A stretch of 63,740 nucleotides of DNA, the filler included, from Psammoneis japonica (taxonomy: Eukaryota): the NCBI GenBank assembly GCA_008632985.1. It is 4 parts of 4 records of this genome, joined end to end, with 100 filler letters (N's around TTAATTAATTAA, not from the genome) between each part and the next. Parts side by side here need not be neighbours in the genome. Positions count along the whole stretch, not along the records: positions 36,914 to 55,056 come from QPGO01000470.1; 3 more parts are not named here. One strand, 5' to 3'. Each line of letters begins with the position of its first letter. The stretch's first letter is position 1. Below the pieces are notes generated by a model. That model was given only the letters and a program-made list of their open reading frames with translations. It was not told the DNA's origin and made no database searches. Of this stretch, positions 36,916-48,806 are shown piece after piece. Position numbers and translations under genes: made by a program.

Positions 36916-39140
36916 ATGATGGCACTCGCCGTCTTCTGCGGGTTTGCGCTTTGTAGCGAGTCGATTGCTTTCACAATGCGCTTGACTCAAGAAAAGTGCT
37001 GTGAGTCGGCTTTGTCAAAGTCCTTCCGCCATGTGCATTTGTGGTTGCTTTCCATCTTTTCCAGCCCTCCAACCACAGGCTTGTCCTTGAATGCGCTCAA
37101 GCCGTGCCACTGGTCGTAAATCGACTGGATGCTAGAGTGGTTTCGACGCGGCGGTTTGCAGCCAAATCCCTCTGGAGCTGCTGTTGTGATGCCAGCATCT
37201 GCAGATTCAGTGCTGCTGCCGGGCCCCTCTTCCACCCTGGAGCTTCCTCCTGCACCAACTTGAGCGCTGCCGCCAGCTCTGGAGAGTCCTCCGCCATGAA
37301 GCAAGCTGCTGGCAGCCAGTGTGAGCTGTCCTGCTGCTGCCGACCGGGCTCCTTCATTTGCACGGCACTCGCCAACAAAGCCATCAAGCTTGCTCTCCAG
37401 ACGCTTCTGACCAGCTTCCAAGTGCTGCTGCCCGTGGCTCAGAGATGAGAGTCGCTCATGAACTCCTGGGAGGACATCAGAGAGGCTTGAGTCTGCCGGA
37501 GAAGAGGCGCTTTGCAAGCTCTCCCGCATGGTTTGACGAAACTCCAGAAACAGTGGATGCTCAAACACCTCCATCTGAAAAAGTGGGTGCCTTGATCGCT
37601 CAGGATGGAGCTCTAGAATGGCTGCTGCATCTTGAAAAATCACTCGTCAAAGCTCCTTCAGCAGCACCAAGAAGTTGATGGCGGTGCAATGAGCGGTGTT
37701 GTTTTGCGCCATGGAATTCACCACAGCACTGTGAGGCTCTTCAACAAATGGGAAGATGGTCGTCTGGAGCTCTTCTGGTGGCTCACCACTGTTCTAGGAT
37801 TGAAATGCATGCCATTGGCTTTGTGAAACCCGCCTTTGGCTTGGATGGATGGCATGGGCAGTTTTGTAGAGTGGAGCTTCTCTTGCATCTTTGGGTCCCA
37901 GTTTCCAGGGGTTCGCGTCTCTTCGTTGGGAGCTCTAGAAACTCCATTTCAACAGCTCCGAGGACTCTCCCAAAATGGACACAGTGGTTCATGGGAATGC
38001 CCACCTCCTTTCCAATTTTCTTCATGGCATCAGCACAAGTCGCGTCAGAGACATTCACAGTGTTGCCAGTGGTTCGGGAGTCCACCAGAAGCTTGATGTC
38101 GAACCACGACTTGTTGTCTGTAAAGTCAGGCGGCTGGTCCATTTCCCCAGTCAGGTAGAATCGACAGAGCAACATGAATCCAAGGCTTCCCACAGAGCAA
38201 AGGAGGGGATTCAGGTGCCTCATGCTGTGGCCATGCAATTTCACACCTTTGTTTGTCTTTCCCGTGGCTGTCTGCATGATGAGAAGCGTCAAAGGGTGAG
38301 GGTCGGAATCTTTCTGCATTTTTGTGCACAAGAGATCGGACAGCTCTGCTTTGTAGACTGACTCCCCATGTAGAATCCCTGAGAAAGTCTGCAAGAAGCA
38401 GCAACAGTTTCTCAAGCCACAGAAAGCCTGACGAGAGGTGTTGTGTCCACTCTTCCACAAGCACGATTCGATCGAGTCCAGCTCTTGAATGGCTGCATGT
38501 GGTGCAAAATCGTGGTCAATCTTTTCTTTGTAATTTTTTTTTGATTCTTTCCTTGCGATTGCTGGCCATTTTCATCAGCCTTTCTGCATCTTCCATCCAA
38601 ACAAATTCCCATGGAAGCGAGTTTGCATTCTGAGTGACCTGCCGCGTGTGAATGTGCTTGACAGTGCATTTGTGCTGTGCCATCAAACTGTGGCCGACGG
38701 TTTTGGGGCTCCGGCATTTCACTCCTTGTTCCTGAAACACTCTTGAAATGTTTTTTGGCAGGTGTGGACAACTGTGCGGAAATTGAAGGCATCAAATTGC
38801 CGCCCGTCGGTTCCGTTTTGCCACGCTTTCATTTCCCACCTTGTTTCTTCCTTTCTCGGAATGCCTGATGGAACATAAATTCGTGCACTTTTTCCTTTGT
38901 AACAAGGCATGTGGTGTCATCACCAGCAGCAGCTTTTGACTCACAACACGCCCTGAATTCATCCTTCTTTGGGTCAAACGCGAGACTGTTGTTGTCAACC
39001 GCACTCTGATCTGCGATGTTTGGCACCATTTCAGACATCATTTGCTGGTTGACACCAGAAAGCTGCTGTGGATGCACCAGAGGCCCCATGAGTTGTTGCT
39101 CAGTCCTCAGGCGGCTGGCATTGTGCCTGGCACGCATGCC
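36916..39140 (-). mobile_element. Crypton (CryptonF-like) tyrosine-recombinase transposon pseudogene with C-terminal GCR1_C-like domain
   Basis: ILHGES (R->H), GKTN, MRH..P.LC.VG.LG, PDF.DN..WF, HFGR, GNWDPK in 37783..38460 and adjacent frame. IYDQWHG...GGLEKME..HK.TWRK in 36987..37643. Confidence 0.8.
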
Positions 39141-39399
39141 TCTGGCCGTTGCTGGTTGGCAAGCATCATCACAGTTGCACAGTCGTTCTGGGGACCGCTC
39201 CGTGTGTGCAATCTGAAAGCAATTGCGAGAAAATTAAAAAGGAAGGTGGCCACAGAAAAAAGTGCACATGAGAGCAATTTGAACCGGAGGCCTCTTGCAC
39301 TTCCAGTGTCGCTTTTTGTGTGGTTGAAAATGACCCACGCTGATGTTTTTGTCAATCGATCCTGACGTCCCACAACCAAAATGACGACAATCATTGCAT

Positions 39400-41340
39400 G
39401 ACCGAACCCCAAAATAACAAAATTGTTTGGCCCCTCAGTCATGATGGAGAGCCTGCCACGTCATCCAAATGTCGCCTCAGTCTGACTGGGGTCAACACAA
39501 CAATTTTTTTGTGCCAGCGTGGAACTGCACGCATGTGTCTGGCACACAAAAATCATGCCACATCAACCATTTTCTCCAATCTTCGGCAATGGCGGCGTTC
39601 GTCGGTTTGCAGCTGTTGCGCTGCTGAAACCATGTCAGTTGTCATCAAACCTGTGGCATGTCACTCGTCACCCTCTTCTTGCTTCACATGTTCCTTTGAA
39701 GCTGCGCATTCTTTAGCCACAATCCAGACAATCAACAACATCAACACAAGGCAAAAATCCAAAGCAGATGCGAGTTGCTTGTTGGTGTCAACCTCGTGTT
39801 TTTGTCACAAACGCCCAACCAAACAGCATTTTGCCGCTCTTTCACTTGATTTTCCAGGGTTTCATTGTCAACAAACACCATGCTCCAATCGTCCGAGGTG
39901 CGGTTCGCCAAGGCCATGAATGCATGAGCTGTGTGGAGAAATCTTTGGATTGAACAGATGTTGTGTCGGCACCCCGATCCGTTTCAAACATTGCCAAAGG
40001 AGCGCAGCGAGTTTCTGAGTTTCTGTCTGTTCTGTTGGTGACTCGAATGAGCAAGCCATGCTCGACACCACCTCGGTCTCCACCCAAAGGTGCAATGTCA
40101 AAACACCTAACTCCGCTTGTTTGTGTCATGGATTCAGATGTCTTCTGTGGACAGCTTTCGTTTGTGGCAACAGATGACTCCATGGTGCAAAACAAAGCAC
40201 GAGAATGCCCCACTGACATCATGCCAGCTTTGTCTTTTAGAGACAGGAAGGAGATCAGTGGCAGCTCAGCAGCAAAGACATTGGATCGTGCTCGGTTTCA
40301 GAGCTGAGATCTGGGCTGAACCCATTTTGCAAAGAGCTGCTCAAGTCATGAGTTAGCGCCACAACTTGTGGGCAATTGACTGACACCAGAAGCGTTCAAA
40401 AGCAGTGTGGAAAGGATGAGATGATCATCTCGGCCAATCCAGTTTGAGCTTGCGAAGGATTATTTTACGATCGAGCATTCGCTGTTTGACGTCACATGCT
40501 GGAAAATTGTGCACATTCTGCACAGAAATCGGAGCACCAACTTGAAGCTGCTGCTTTGTGGTCAAAACAAGCTTGCCATTTGGAGCACATCTTCTGAGGA
40601 ACGGTCACTCAAACGAGCAAAGGGAAGGGCCATGGAAGGTGCTCCAAATGCCACAGCAGTTTTGATGTTGGAACAACATCTTGAAACATGCAGCTCTGTG
40701 TCATTAAATGGGATTCCGTGAAATGGACTTTCATGCATGCAAGCAGGGAATTTAAAAAATTTTCGAGGTCGATCGAGCTCCAGAACATTTGTTGAGATTT
40801 TAGTCGTACAAGTCGAAGCTGATGCCACTTGCGCGTAGAACTGAACCACTGTGGCATGTGTGCATGCACGCACGCCAGCATGCACATTCAAAGCAAAGAC
40901 AGTTCCAACACTGTCAACGATGCGACGACCCAAAAGCCACCTTGTGATGCAGCATGCAGCTAAAGCAAGCTGCGTGAATGGTGCAAAGCCCAAACAACAC
41001 TTTGTCCTTTTGTGCAGCAAGACAGTAGACAGCGGAGTGCCCATGTGGTGACTTCCCTGAGGTGTGGTTCTCTCGCAACTCGCAAGGCGCCGACTTTCTT
41101 CCTTCAGGCAGCAAGGACAGTCAAGGAACGGAAAACCGGAAAACTGGCTTGTTGTGCCACGCTTGTTGCTTTTTCCAAACAAGCCTCTGTGTGTGGACTC
41201 TTGTCACGATCGCAAGTTTTTTCGAGAATGTTTTTAGAGCGAGAAACCTCAAAGACGACAACGTCTTTTTCAAGAATCGCACTTTGTTCTTCCTGGCGGC
41301 CGACGGTAGTGTTTTTGCACAGTCGATCGCACGGCACCCA
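39400..41340. other. TpA-depleted decayed sequence, unclassified (repeat or multicopy-gene remnant)
   Basis: Composition only; no motif recognised. Confidence 0.3.
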
Positions 41341-42689
41341 TGATATACATCAATCGAGGATACTAGAAACGGAGAAAAAAAGAACACCAATGCCTACTGT
41401 GTCACTTGTCAGCCGTGGTAAAAAACATGATGTGTCGGCCAAGAACGACTTCTATTGTGGTTTGCATACCATCTTGATGGTATTGTAATCGGCTTGGAAA
41501 TGATGGGAAAATTAACCTACCGTATTGAATGAGGTTAAGGCATCAAGCCTTTATAGCTTCCTTGGGTTGCTGGAATAATTATTTGGGACGACATTGGCAG
41601 GAAAGCGACATTCGAGTCATACCTCACTACTTTCGGCGGCGTCAAAACTACCTTGCGAGATCGATCAAGAGATGAACGCATAGAAATGATTCCAAAGAAA
41701 TGCAACCATGGATTGGCAGTGAAACACAAAATGAACGTCTGCTCATAGAACCATACCGTTCTCCTACAAGAGCCATAACGTATCGTGTCGATTCAAAGTT
41801 GATTTACCTTCTGTCAAATACGATCAAAGACATGAAGCAGTGTGATATGATTATTTAAGGTATGGAACGCATACCCGACAAGAATACTTCACATGAACAC
41901 CAGCACTAAATCGACGTGTGACCGTCGTTCTACCCGAGTGAGTCGGCAATCTTGTTGCTGCCCACATCACGCGCCACCTGTTGACTATTCCCGATCTAAT
42001 TGAAAGCTTCATCACACCTACTAGCATTCACATGCAACAACATGGGGATCATTCATCATCAACCCACACTTCGAGTACAAGATGAATAGTGTGAACTTTG
42101 CGCAACACCAAAGAACGCTCGTTAGAAAGAGAGTTGGGGCAGGATGTACGCCGCAGCAGAAGCATAACGAGCAGTATTACGATTTGCGAGCGGACTGCAA
42201 AAAGTAAAGGGACTTTCAAAGTCAACGGGACACTAGAAAGAAGGTTGGAGATGACATTACAACGCTCTGGCGGACCTTGCGATCTATCTCAATTTCTTGT
42301 TGCACGCAATCCAGATGGCTAGGAAGCTGAGTTCTATCGAATGACATTGTCAGTGAATTGGCCAAATCTTGAAGACAAATATCTTTGTTCTTTCTTCAAA
42401 TGGTTTTTGGATTGAGCAGCATGATGAATTTATGAAGATTCCTGTCGACTACGTCTGTGTTTTTTTCAATAATGGAGAGGAAAAGCAGATGAGACGACAG
42501 TACTGGCGTAGGTCAGGAGAAAACCGTAATGCACGACGATGATTAAAAAATTCAGAGGATGATTACTGTTAGTAAGTGTTCGGTTACACAGCTAATGAGC
42601 TACAATAGCATGGTACGTATGCGGTACTGAAGCATTGGACGCATTGACTGCTTTTGTATTCCATACTAACAGTCTCGTTTCGATCCTGG

Positions 42690-43910
42690 GCTTAGTTGTA
42701 CAAATAGAAGTATAATACAAGAAAGCACAAAGACATTTTCTCGCTGAGTAGAATTATTGGGACGCTTCTCGTCCATGGACACAGTGCCATTGCCGATATC
42801 GACGTGGTAGGCAAACTCATCGAAGTGGCAGACTGTGGCGTTCCTGACCGTATCGTCATATCCCACATGAAGATTCCAAATGAGTAGTCTGTCGTCAATA
42901 CCAAAGGAAACTCCGAAGTTGATGGACGGTGAAGCGCAGGAGGTATCGTTGTTCTTGACAACGTTGCCTTTCGAAGCTTGACCATTGCAACCAGAATGCA
43001 CCTCGGAAGTATACTGCAAGAGGGCGCCAGCGCCAGGGCGTGCCCCATTATCCATACATTTACCAACCAAAACATTCGAAATGACATTCGCTTGAACGTC
43101 GACTGAGACAGATCCGGTCAAGGCTCTACCGTCGGCAAATACTACCCAAGGGGGGCCGAGTTGGGAAAGGCCGAATCTTTGGTAGTGAGGCGGGAATGGT
43201 GGACGGTTGAGCATGACAGGAAAATATGTCAAACCTTGGGCTTGGATCTAGGACGACGGTGTCTATTACGTTGCTGACTTCAACCTGATGAACGACGAGG
43301 CACAGTATTCACAAGAAAGCCAGCAACGGCACAGAGCCAGGACCGAGCAGTCAAGCCCGTTGACACCGTTCAATGTTAGTTTCTCGATATCCACATTGCT
43401 GTTAAGATTAAGAAGGACTACTGCACCGGTTGAATTGGCAGTGGGTCGAAAGAGAGATGAACCACTCCCAAATCTCGACATCACGGCCTAGGTCAACCAT
43501 GACGGCTTCGTTGTACGTTTAAGCCCAAAGTTGAATGGATAGATCGGAGCTCACTCACATCAACGCTTTGGCAATGGTCGTGTAGTAAGGATCTTTGTCA
43601 TTGAAATTTTCCTGGTCAGTGCCTTCCACGATCGTTCGAGGATCAGTGCCTTCAACAAAGCTCTCCTTCGAACCTGCGTCTGACAGCTTGCGTTGCGCTT
43701 GAGCGTGTGCCGCCCTTAGTGAAGCCCGGCAGATGGGACCTGGCAAGTAGAAATGAATATTCTCTGGTCTAAGAAGGGACTCCAGAACTGGCTGCACATC
43801 CCAAGAAACCCAAGCGGAAGATACGTAGACATGGCTCGCACCCATCAATGTACCACGAACCAACGACCAACGCCGCCGCGAAAACCTGTGCAAGGCGCAT
43901 GATTTTGATA
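42690..43910 (-). pseudogene. Decayed paralog of the beta-helix protein gene at 45908-47344
   Basis: TIVEGTDQENFNDKDPYYTTIAKAL vs TVIVGTDDDNCNDEDPDYSTITEAL; IEKLTLNGVNGL vs LEKLTLDGVNGL; DIGNGTVSMD vs DNGDGTMFMD; broken by stops/frameshifts. Confidence 0.8.
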
Positions 43911-44488
43911 CACTAGCTACCTCTTCGTTTCGCTGGGAGGGGGTTTTGTCGACTGCTGGACTCAACACACGGTACCATAAGTACGGTACAGGCGAAGGAA
44001 GGAGAAGTGAACAGAATAAGTGGAGAGAGGATAGACTACTCTTGTAGAGCGCGATCGCTTGCGATGCCTGTCAGTTCATGTGCGAAAGGAAGGACAGATG
44101 CAGGTCACAGATTGATTCGGTGTGATTCACACTATGAAAAGTCATAGGTTCAATGCCTACGGTCACAGAGACATCATAGGAGTGCGGGTGGTTGTGAGTA
44201 GCGCTATGACGAGTCATTTGTTTTCAGTCAACAATGACTGTTTGGGGCTGCTCAGTCGAATGACCACAGGTCCTCGTCTCAATAGTGTTAATCCCTTTGG
44301 TGAACATTGAAGCCATCGGTCATTGACAAAATATTAAGCCCTGGCACAGATAATGTACCGTATGACGTTTCCCGTGCTCCACGCTCCACGCTTTTTTGCT
44401 GTTCTCACATTTCCCCGTTTCGCATTTCGTTTACAACCCAATCTTATTCTTTTGCAACAGGTCAACAAGCTGGTTGATAAACTGGTCC

Positions 44489-45542
44489 ATGATGACATCT
44501 TTAAAGGGAATCGTAGCCTTGCTCTTGATAGAATGTTGTGCTCTGCAGGTTGCCAGTGAGTCAAACCTTCGTCACTCTTCATGGAGGCGCGAACTCGTCG
44601 ATCCCGAATTTCGTTTTGCCGCTGAGAAGTACACATACGATGTACACACTGAAGACGATGATGATCCCTATCTATCCACGGAAACGATGAAATGCCTCGA
44701 GTTGGTCATTGCTGACGAACTTGGAAAGCTTGTGGAGGAGTATGCAGTGAAAGAGCTTTTGTATACAGGGAAGGACGTGGACTGCCAACCACACCACACC
44801 TGAACGTATAGTGATTCTCACAGAAGAGGATGATGGATCTCGAAATTTTACCGTTTGGGAAGATGGACAAGCTGGTAAGCTGAACATTGCTAGTGTCGTG
44901 GGGAAAGGGGTCAGCAGTGCTACCCAGCTGTACTTTCCCGACAGCGGGGCTTCAAAAGCTACCACAAACAACGCAGAGGAACATGATGATGTAGAAGGAA
45001 AAGGCGGTAGTAACGAAGCAACCAAGCAAAGTGAGATCCTGGATGGCGATGTTGGAATTGATGTTGAAGAGATCTGGCCAACACCATCTCCAACCTCAGC
45101 TCCCCCTGAAGAGAACAAAAAACCCACTGGAGGTTTTGGAGCCTACCTATTTGGAAATTGGGGCAGAGAAAGACGCAACCTACCACAAGAGGACCCAGAG
45201 ATGATGGAACATGAAATTACTATCTTTCACCCCAGAATGCTGAAAGCGGAGGTAGACCCGGAACTTGCAGCGCTAAAAGCGAAAAGAAGAAAGAGAAGGA
45301 GGAAAAAGAGAAGGCAACAGAGAAAGAAGTGGCAAGCCTCTGTACAAGTCGAAGCAACGTGCGGCATCTTTTGCAGCACCGATGACAAGGATGCAGGAGG
45401 GAGGACTAGAGCTTTGAATGACAGGAAACTTACAAGTGAAGATTTTGAATCCTGGATGAAAGGCAAGCTCACCCGAAAGATCAAGCGGAAGTGTTCGGAA
45501 GCTGAAACTCTTATTACGTCGTCGTCCTTCAAAGTTGCTTAA
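44489..45542 (+). CDS. Hypothetical secreted protein (one frameshift near 44800)
   Basis: Signal peptide MMTSLKGIVALLLIECCALQVAS followed by NLR...RREL. Continues in ORF 44811..45542 with PTPSPTSAP linker and basic tract. Confidence 0.6.
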
Positions 45543-45907
45543 GGCGCGACGGCGATGGGAAATGGGGCATTGTACATGCTTGCCTGGGGGCGGGGGGCGG
45601 AAGAAGTGTATGAAGCAAAAATGTTGGGAAACATGGGGAATAAAATATGCTTGCTTTTTTGGGAATTTCAAAGCACATCAAAAACAAAACGGGAAGTTAA
45701 TGGGGAATAACATGCTTGCCTTGCGGGAAGGCAACGTTTCGTATTTTTACTTTCGGGGGTGGGTGGGTGGGGGGAATAAGATATGAAGTATAATAACTTT
45801 TTGAGGGCATTACAAATTATCCGTGAAATTCTCAATTCTTAGATAAAACACGTGACGAATAATCGGTGAATGAAATCGGGACACTTCTGCTCCCCGAACC
45901 CACCACT

Positions 45908-47344
45908 TTAAGGAGCGGGAGTAGGAGGAGGGGTATACATTGGGATATTGTCCATGAACATGGTGCCATCGCCATTATCGATGTAGGGCACTGTGGCGGC
46001 AACTGTGTTATTCTTGACCGCGTTGTCATTTCCCGAGACGCCGATGCCTACTGCACAGTCGGCAGCAATGCTATTGCTGTCGATCACGTTGTTTGAAATG
46101 TTGATCATGTCATCGTCATCAGAAACTAAGCCGACCCCGACGGTTGCAATTGCTATTTCGCAGGAGATTTCGTTTTTCTCGATATTGTTGTTGTCCACAA
46201 CATCTGGCCCTATAGCACAGCCGGGATCAGCATTGCTTTCACGCCGGAGCAGAACACCAAAACCACCCTTTACGCCGTTTGAAATCGCATTGCCTTCAAT
46301 TTCGGCTGAAATAGAGTTGAGCAGAAGGATTCCAACTCCAGCAGAGTCGATCTGGTTCGTGATGACTTCCGTAGCTTGTCCTTGACAGAATAAGGCGATC
46401 CCAGTACCACTTTCATCAAAGTTCCTGACGGTGTTGCCCTCAACTACAACATTGGCTTGGCGGGAAACTTCAATCCCAATGGAAGTTTGAATCTCTTCAT
46501 CTTCAAAGATAAATGGAGCATCCCTTGTGACGTTGTTGTGCTTGATTTCCCCCGACAAAGCGCTTCCGGCGACAAAAGTACCAAAGGTGCCAGGATTGGG
46601 AAAGATTGAATCTATCACTCTGATCTGGTAGTCTCGGAATGATGAAAACGACCGCACATATACGTCAGCGCTCATGCTTGAATTGAGGAAGGTGTCCCTA
46701 ATGTTCTTGATTTTGACCTCATTCAAACTGGCATCGCAATCGTCACAGAAGAACCCAAAAACAAAGCGATCTGGAGGGGCTACTATAGCAGAGCCGTTCA
46801 GCCCGTTGACTCCATCCAGTGTTAGCTTCTCGAGCTCCACAGTGCTGTTTATGCCGGCGCCAATGACGAAACCTGCCTCATCGGTCGGAGGGCGAATGAA
46901 GGACAGCCCCCTCCCCACTCCCCTAATCTTGACGGCATAGTCTAGTGGGATCACGACGCTTTCGTTGTAGACTTCGGCACAAAGTTGAAGGGTCACGCCA
47001 GACCTCTCCCTTATCAACGCTTCGGTGATGGTCGAGTAGTCAGGATCTTCATCATTGCAATTATCATCGTCAGTGCCCACAATGACTGTGCGAGTACCAT
47101 CATCACTTGAATCCGAGTCCGAGTCCGAGAGCTTACGTCGATCTTGGATTGGGGTAGCCCTTAGCATATTCCGGTCGGTGGAGCGCGGAAAGGAGAGCTG
47201 AATGTTCTCGGACGTTGAGGCGGATCCGAAATCTGGTACCATATCCCATGACTCCCACGATGGTTGTGACGAACCAAGGGTGGGAGTCGCTCCCATCAAC
47301 GTGGCGGATCCCAAAGATGCAAAGGCAAGCTGAGTGAGGCGCAT
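45908..47344 (-). CDS. Secreted right-handed parallel beta-helix (pectin-lyase-like) protein
   Basis: Intact ORF (alternative start 47380); signal MRLTQLAFASLGSATLMGA; YSTITEAL..G.TLQLCAEVYNESVVI; repeated V/I.GN.I and GI.L motifs. Confidence 0.8.
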   Translation of the reverse strand: MRLTQLAFASLGSATLMGATPTLGSSQPSWESWDMVPDFGSASTSENIQLSFPRSTDRNMLRATPIQDRRKLSDSDSDSSDDGTRTVIVGTDDDNCNDEDPDYSTITEALIRERSGVTLQLCAEVYNESVVIPLDYAVKIRGVGRGLSFIRPPTDEAGFVIGAGINSTVELEKLTLDGVNGLNGSAIVAPPDRFVFGFFCDDCDASLNEVKIKNIRDTFLNSSMSADVYVRSFSSFRDYQIRVIDSIFPNPGTFGTFVAGSALSGEIKHNNVTRDAPFIFEDEEIQTSIGIEVSRQANVVVEGNTVRNFDESGTGIALFCQGQATEVITNQIDSAGVGILLLNSISAEIEGNAISNGVKGGFGVLLRRESNADPGCAIGPDVVDNNNIEKNEISCEIAIATVGVGLVSDDDDMINISNNVIDSNSIAADCAVGIGVSGNDNAVKNNTVAATVPYIDNGDGTMFMDNIPMYTPPPTPAP

Positions 47345-48412
47345 GGCGGTATTGCGATGAAACTTGCTGTTACGAGGCATTGGAGTGTAAATACTCGGAT
47401 GGCTTTTGTTGTGTGAAGTGAGGTGTTTTGGATTACATCGAGCACACCGGGCAAAAGTGCAGATTGGACTGCGAATGTTTCAATTTGCGTTTTGTTCTGC
47501 TGCGGCGTACATAGCATTGGATTCATGGCATGATGTTGGCTTATTGCGTTGTGCGTCGCCGCAAGTACAGTAGAAACATTATTGAGACACCGTAGATATA
47601 ATTATCCTGGATACTCCCATAGCAGCGAAATTCATTTACAAATACTTTCTTGTCTTACGTGTCAGAGAGCAGCTGTGCGGCGACATCGGCATCACATCAC
47701 GATAATGTGACAAAGCGTTGGACGCCGACTGTAAGATCAAACATGGTCTTGCGAACGAATAAGACCAAAAAGTGAAAACGCTAAATGACGTTTTCCGGTT
47801 TCGTCTTGATACGAAAAGGACAAAAACTTAGGGGTGATTTCTGTCATAGAGTGATTGCTTCTTGGGTCTATCAGTAATTTTTTTATTCGCATATTTACAT
47901 GTACATAAATTAATTCATAAGCATTGTTGCTGGAGTCACAATAATGCACATAGAATCTGATTGAATGTCTTATAGCCCTTGAGGACATGAAGTAAAGCCA
48001 CCACCTTTTGCTCGCGTCCCAAGAAGATGATCAACCACAATGAGAACTGGAGGTCCACATGGTCTGACAACAACCGTCGGGACACCGACTCAGCCTCACT
48101 CTCAACACCCCAAAGTCTCTGAAAAAAAAAATCATGCGCCCCGCAGCCCAATCTCTGGTGGAGCGTCCAAGAGGCGCTGGCTTGCTGGAAGCAGCTCTCT
48201 TTTCTCGCTCGTTTCCAGTGCTTTTGCTGTGGTTCTGAGCAAGAAGGCTGCAAAACAAAGACCTGAATTTGCTTGCAAAGTTCAAAGGGTTGGCATGTTG
48301 TTGCCTCAAGGATGACTCTTCCACAAATTAGACTTGGACTGCTGCTCTGCCACTTTGACTTGCTTCTTGCTTTGACCAGGCAACAAACAGTGTCTGGCCA
48401 CTGCCCGTCAGC

Positions 48413-48802
48413 GACGCGTTCCAGGTCTAGGTGGGACCTCGTACTACTGAACTGTGACATCGATAGTTTTTTGAATCACGTCGTATGTCGCGCACGTAGA
48501 TTTCTACGTGATTTTTTCGATATTTTGTGTCATTTTACGGTACACTTATTGAGCGATCCGTCCAACAACTTTTGACATTTTTTGTTACAGCGCGATTCTA
48601 TAATGTCTTAAGAATCGCGTAGGGCAGGCGCATTTGCAAAAACGTCGAGTGGCAAGAGGCATAATTGTGCCACAAACTTGGCAGTTTATTTGATGTTGAA
48701 GATAAATATATCCATTAATTAAATTCTCGTACTACGGAGCTCGCACGTAGAATTCTACGGGCCCAATGTCACACGGAGTCCCACCTAGGACTGGAACCCA
48801 TC
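48413..48802. mobile_element. MITE copy 1 (390 bp), TpA intact; ~25-bp TIRs; 4-bp TSD CAGC
   Basis: cagc|gacgcgttccaggtctaggtgggac ... gtcccacctaggactggaacccatc|cagc. Confidence 0.9.
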
Positions 48803-48806
48803 CAGC

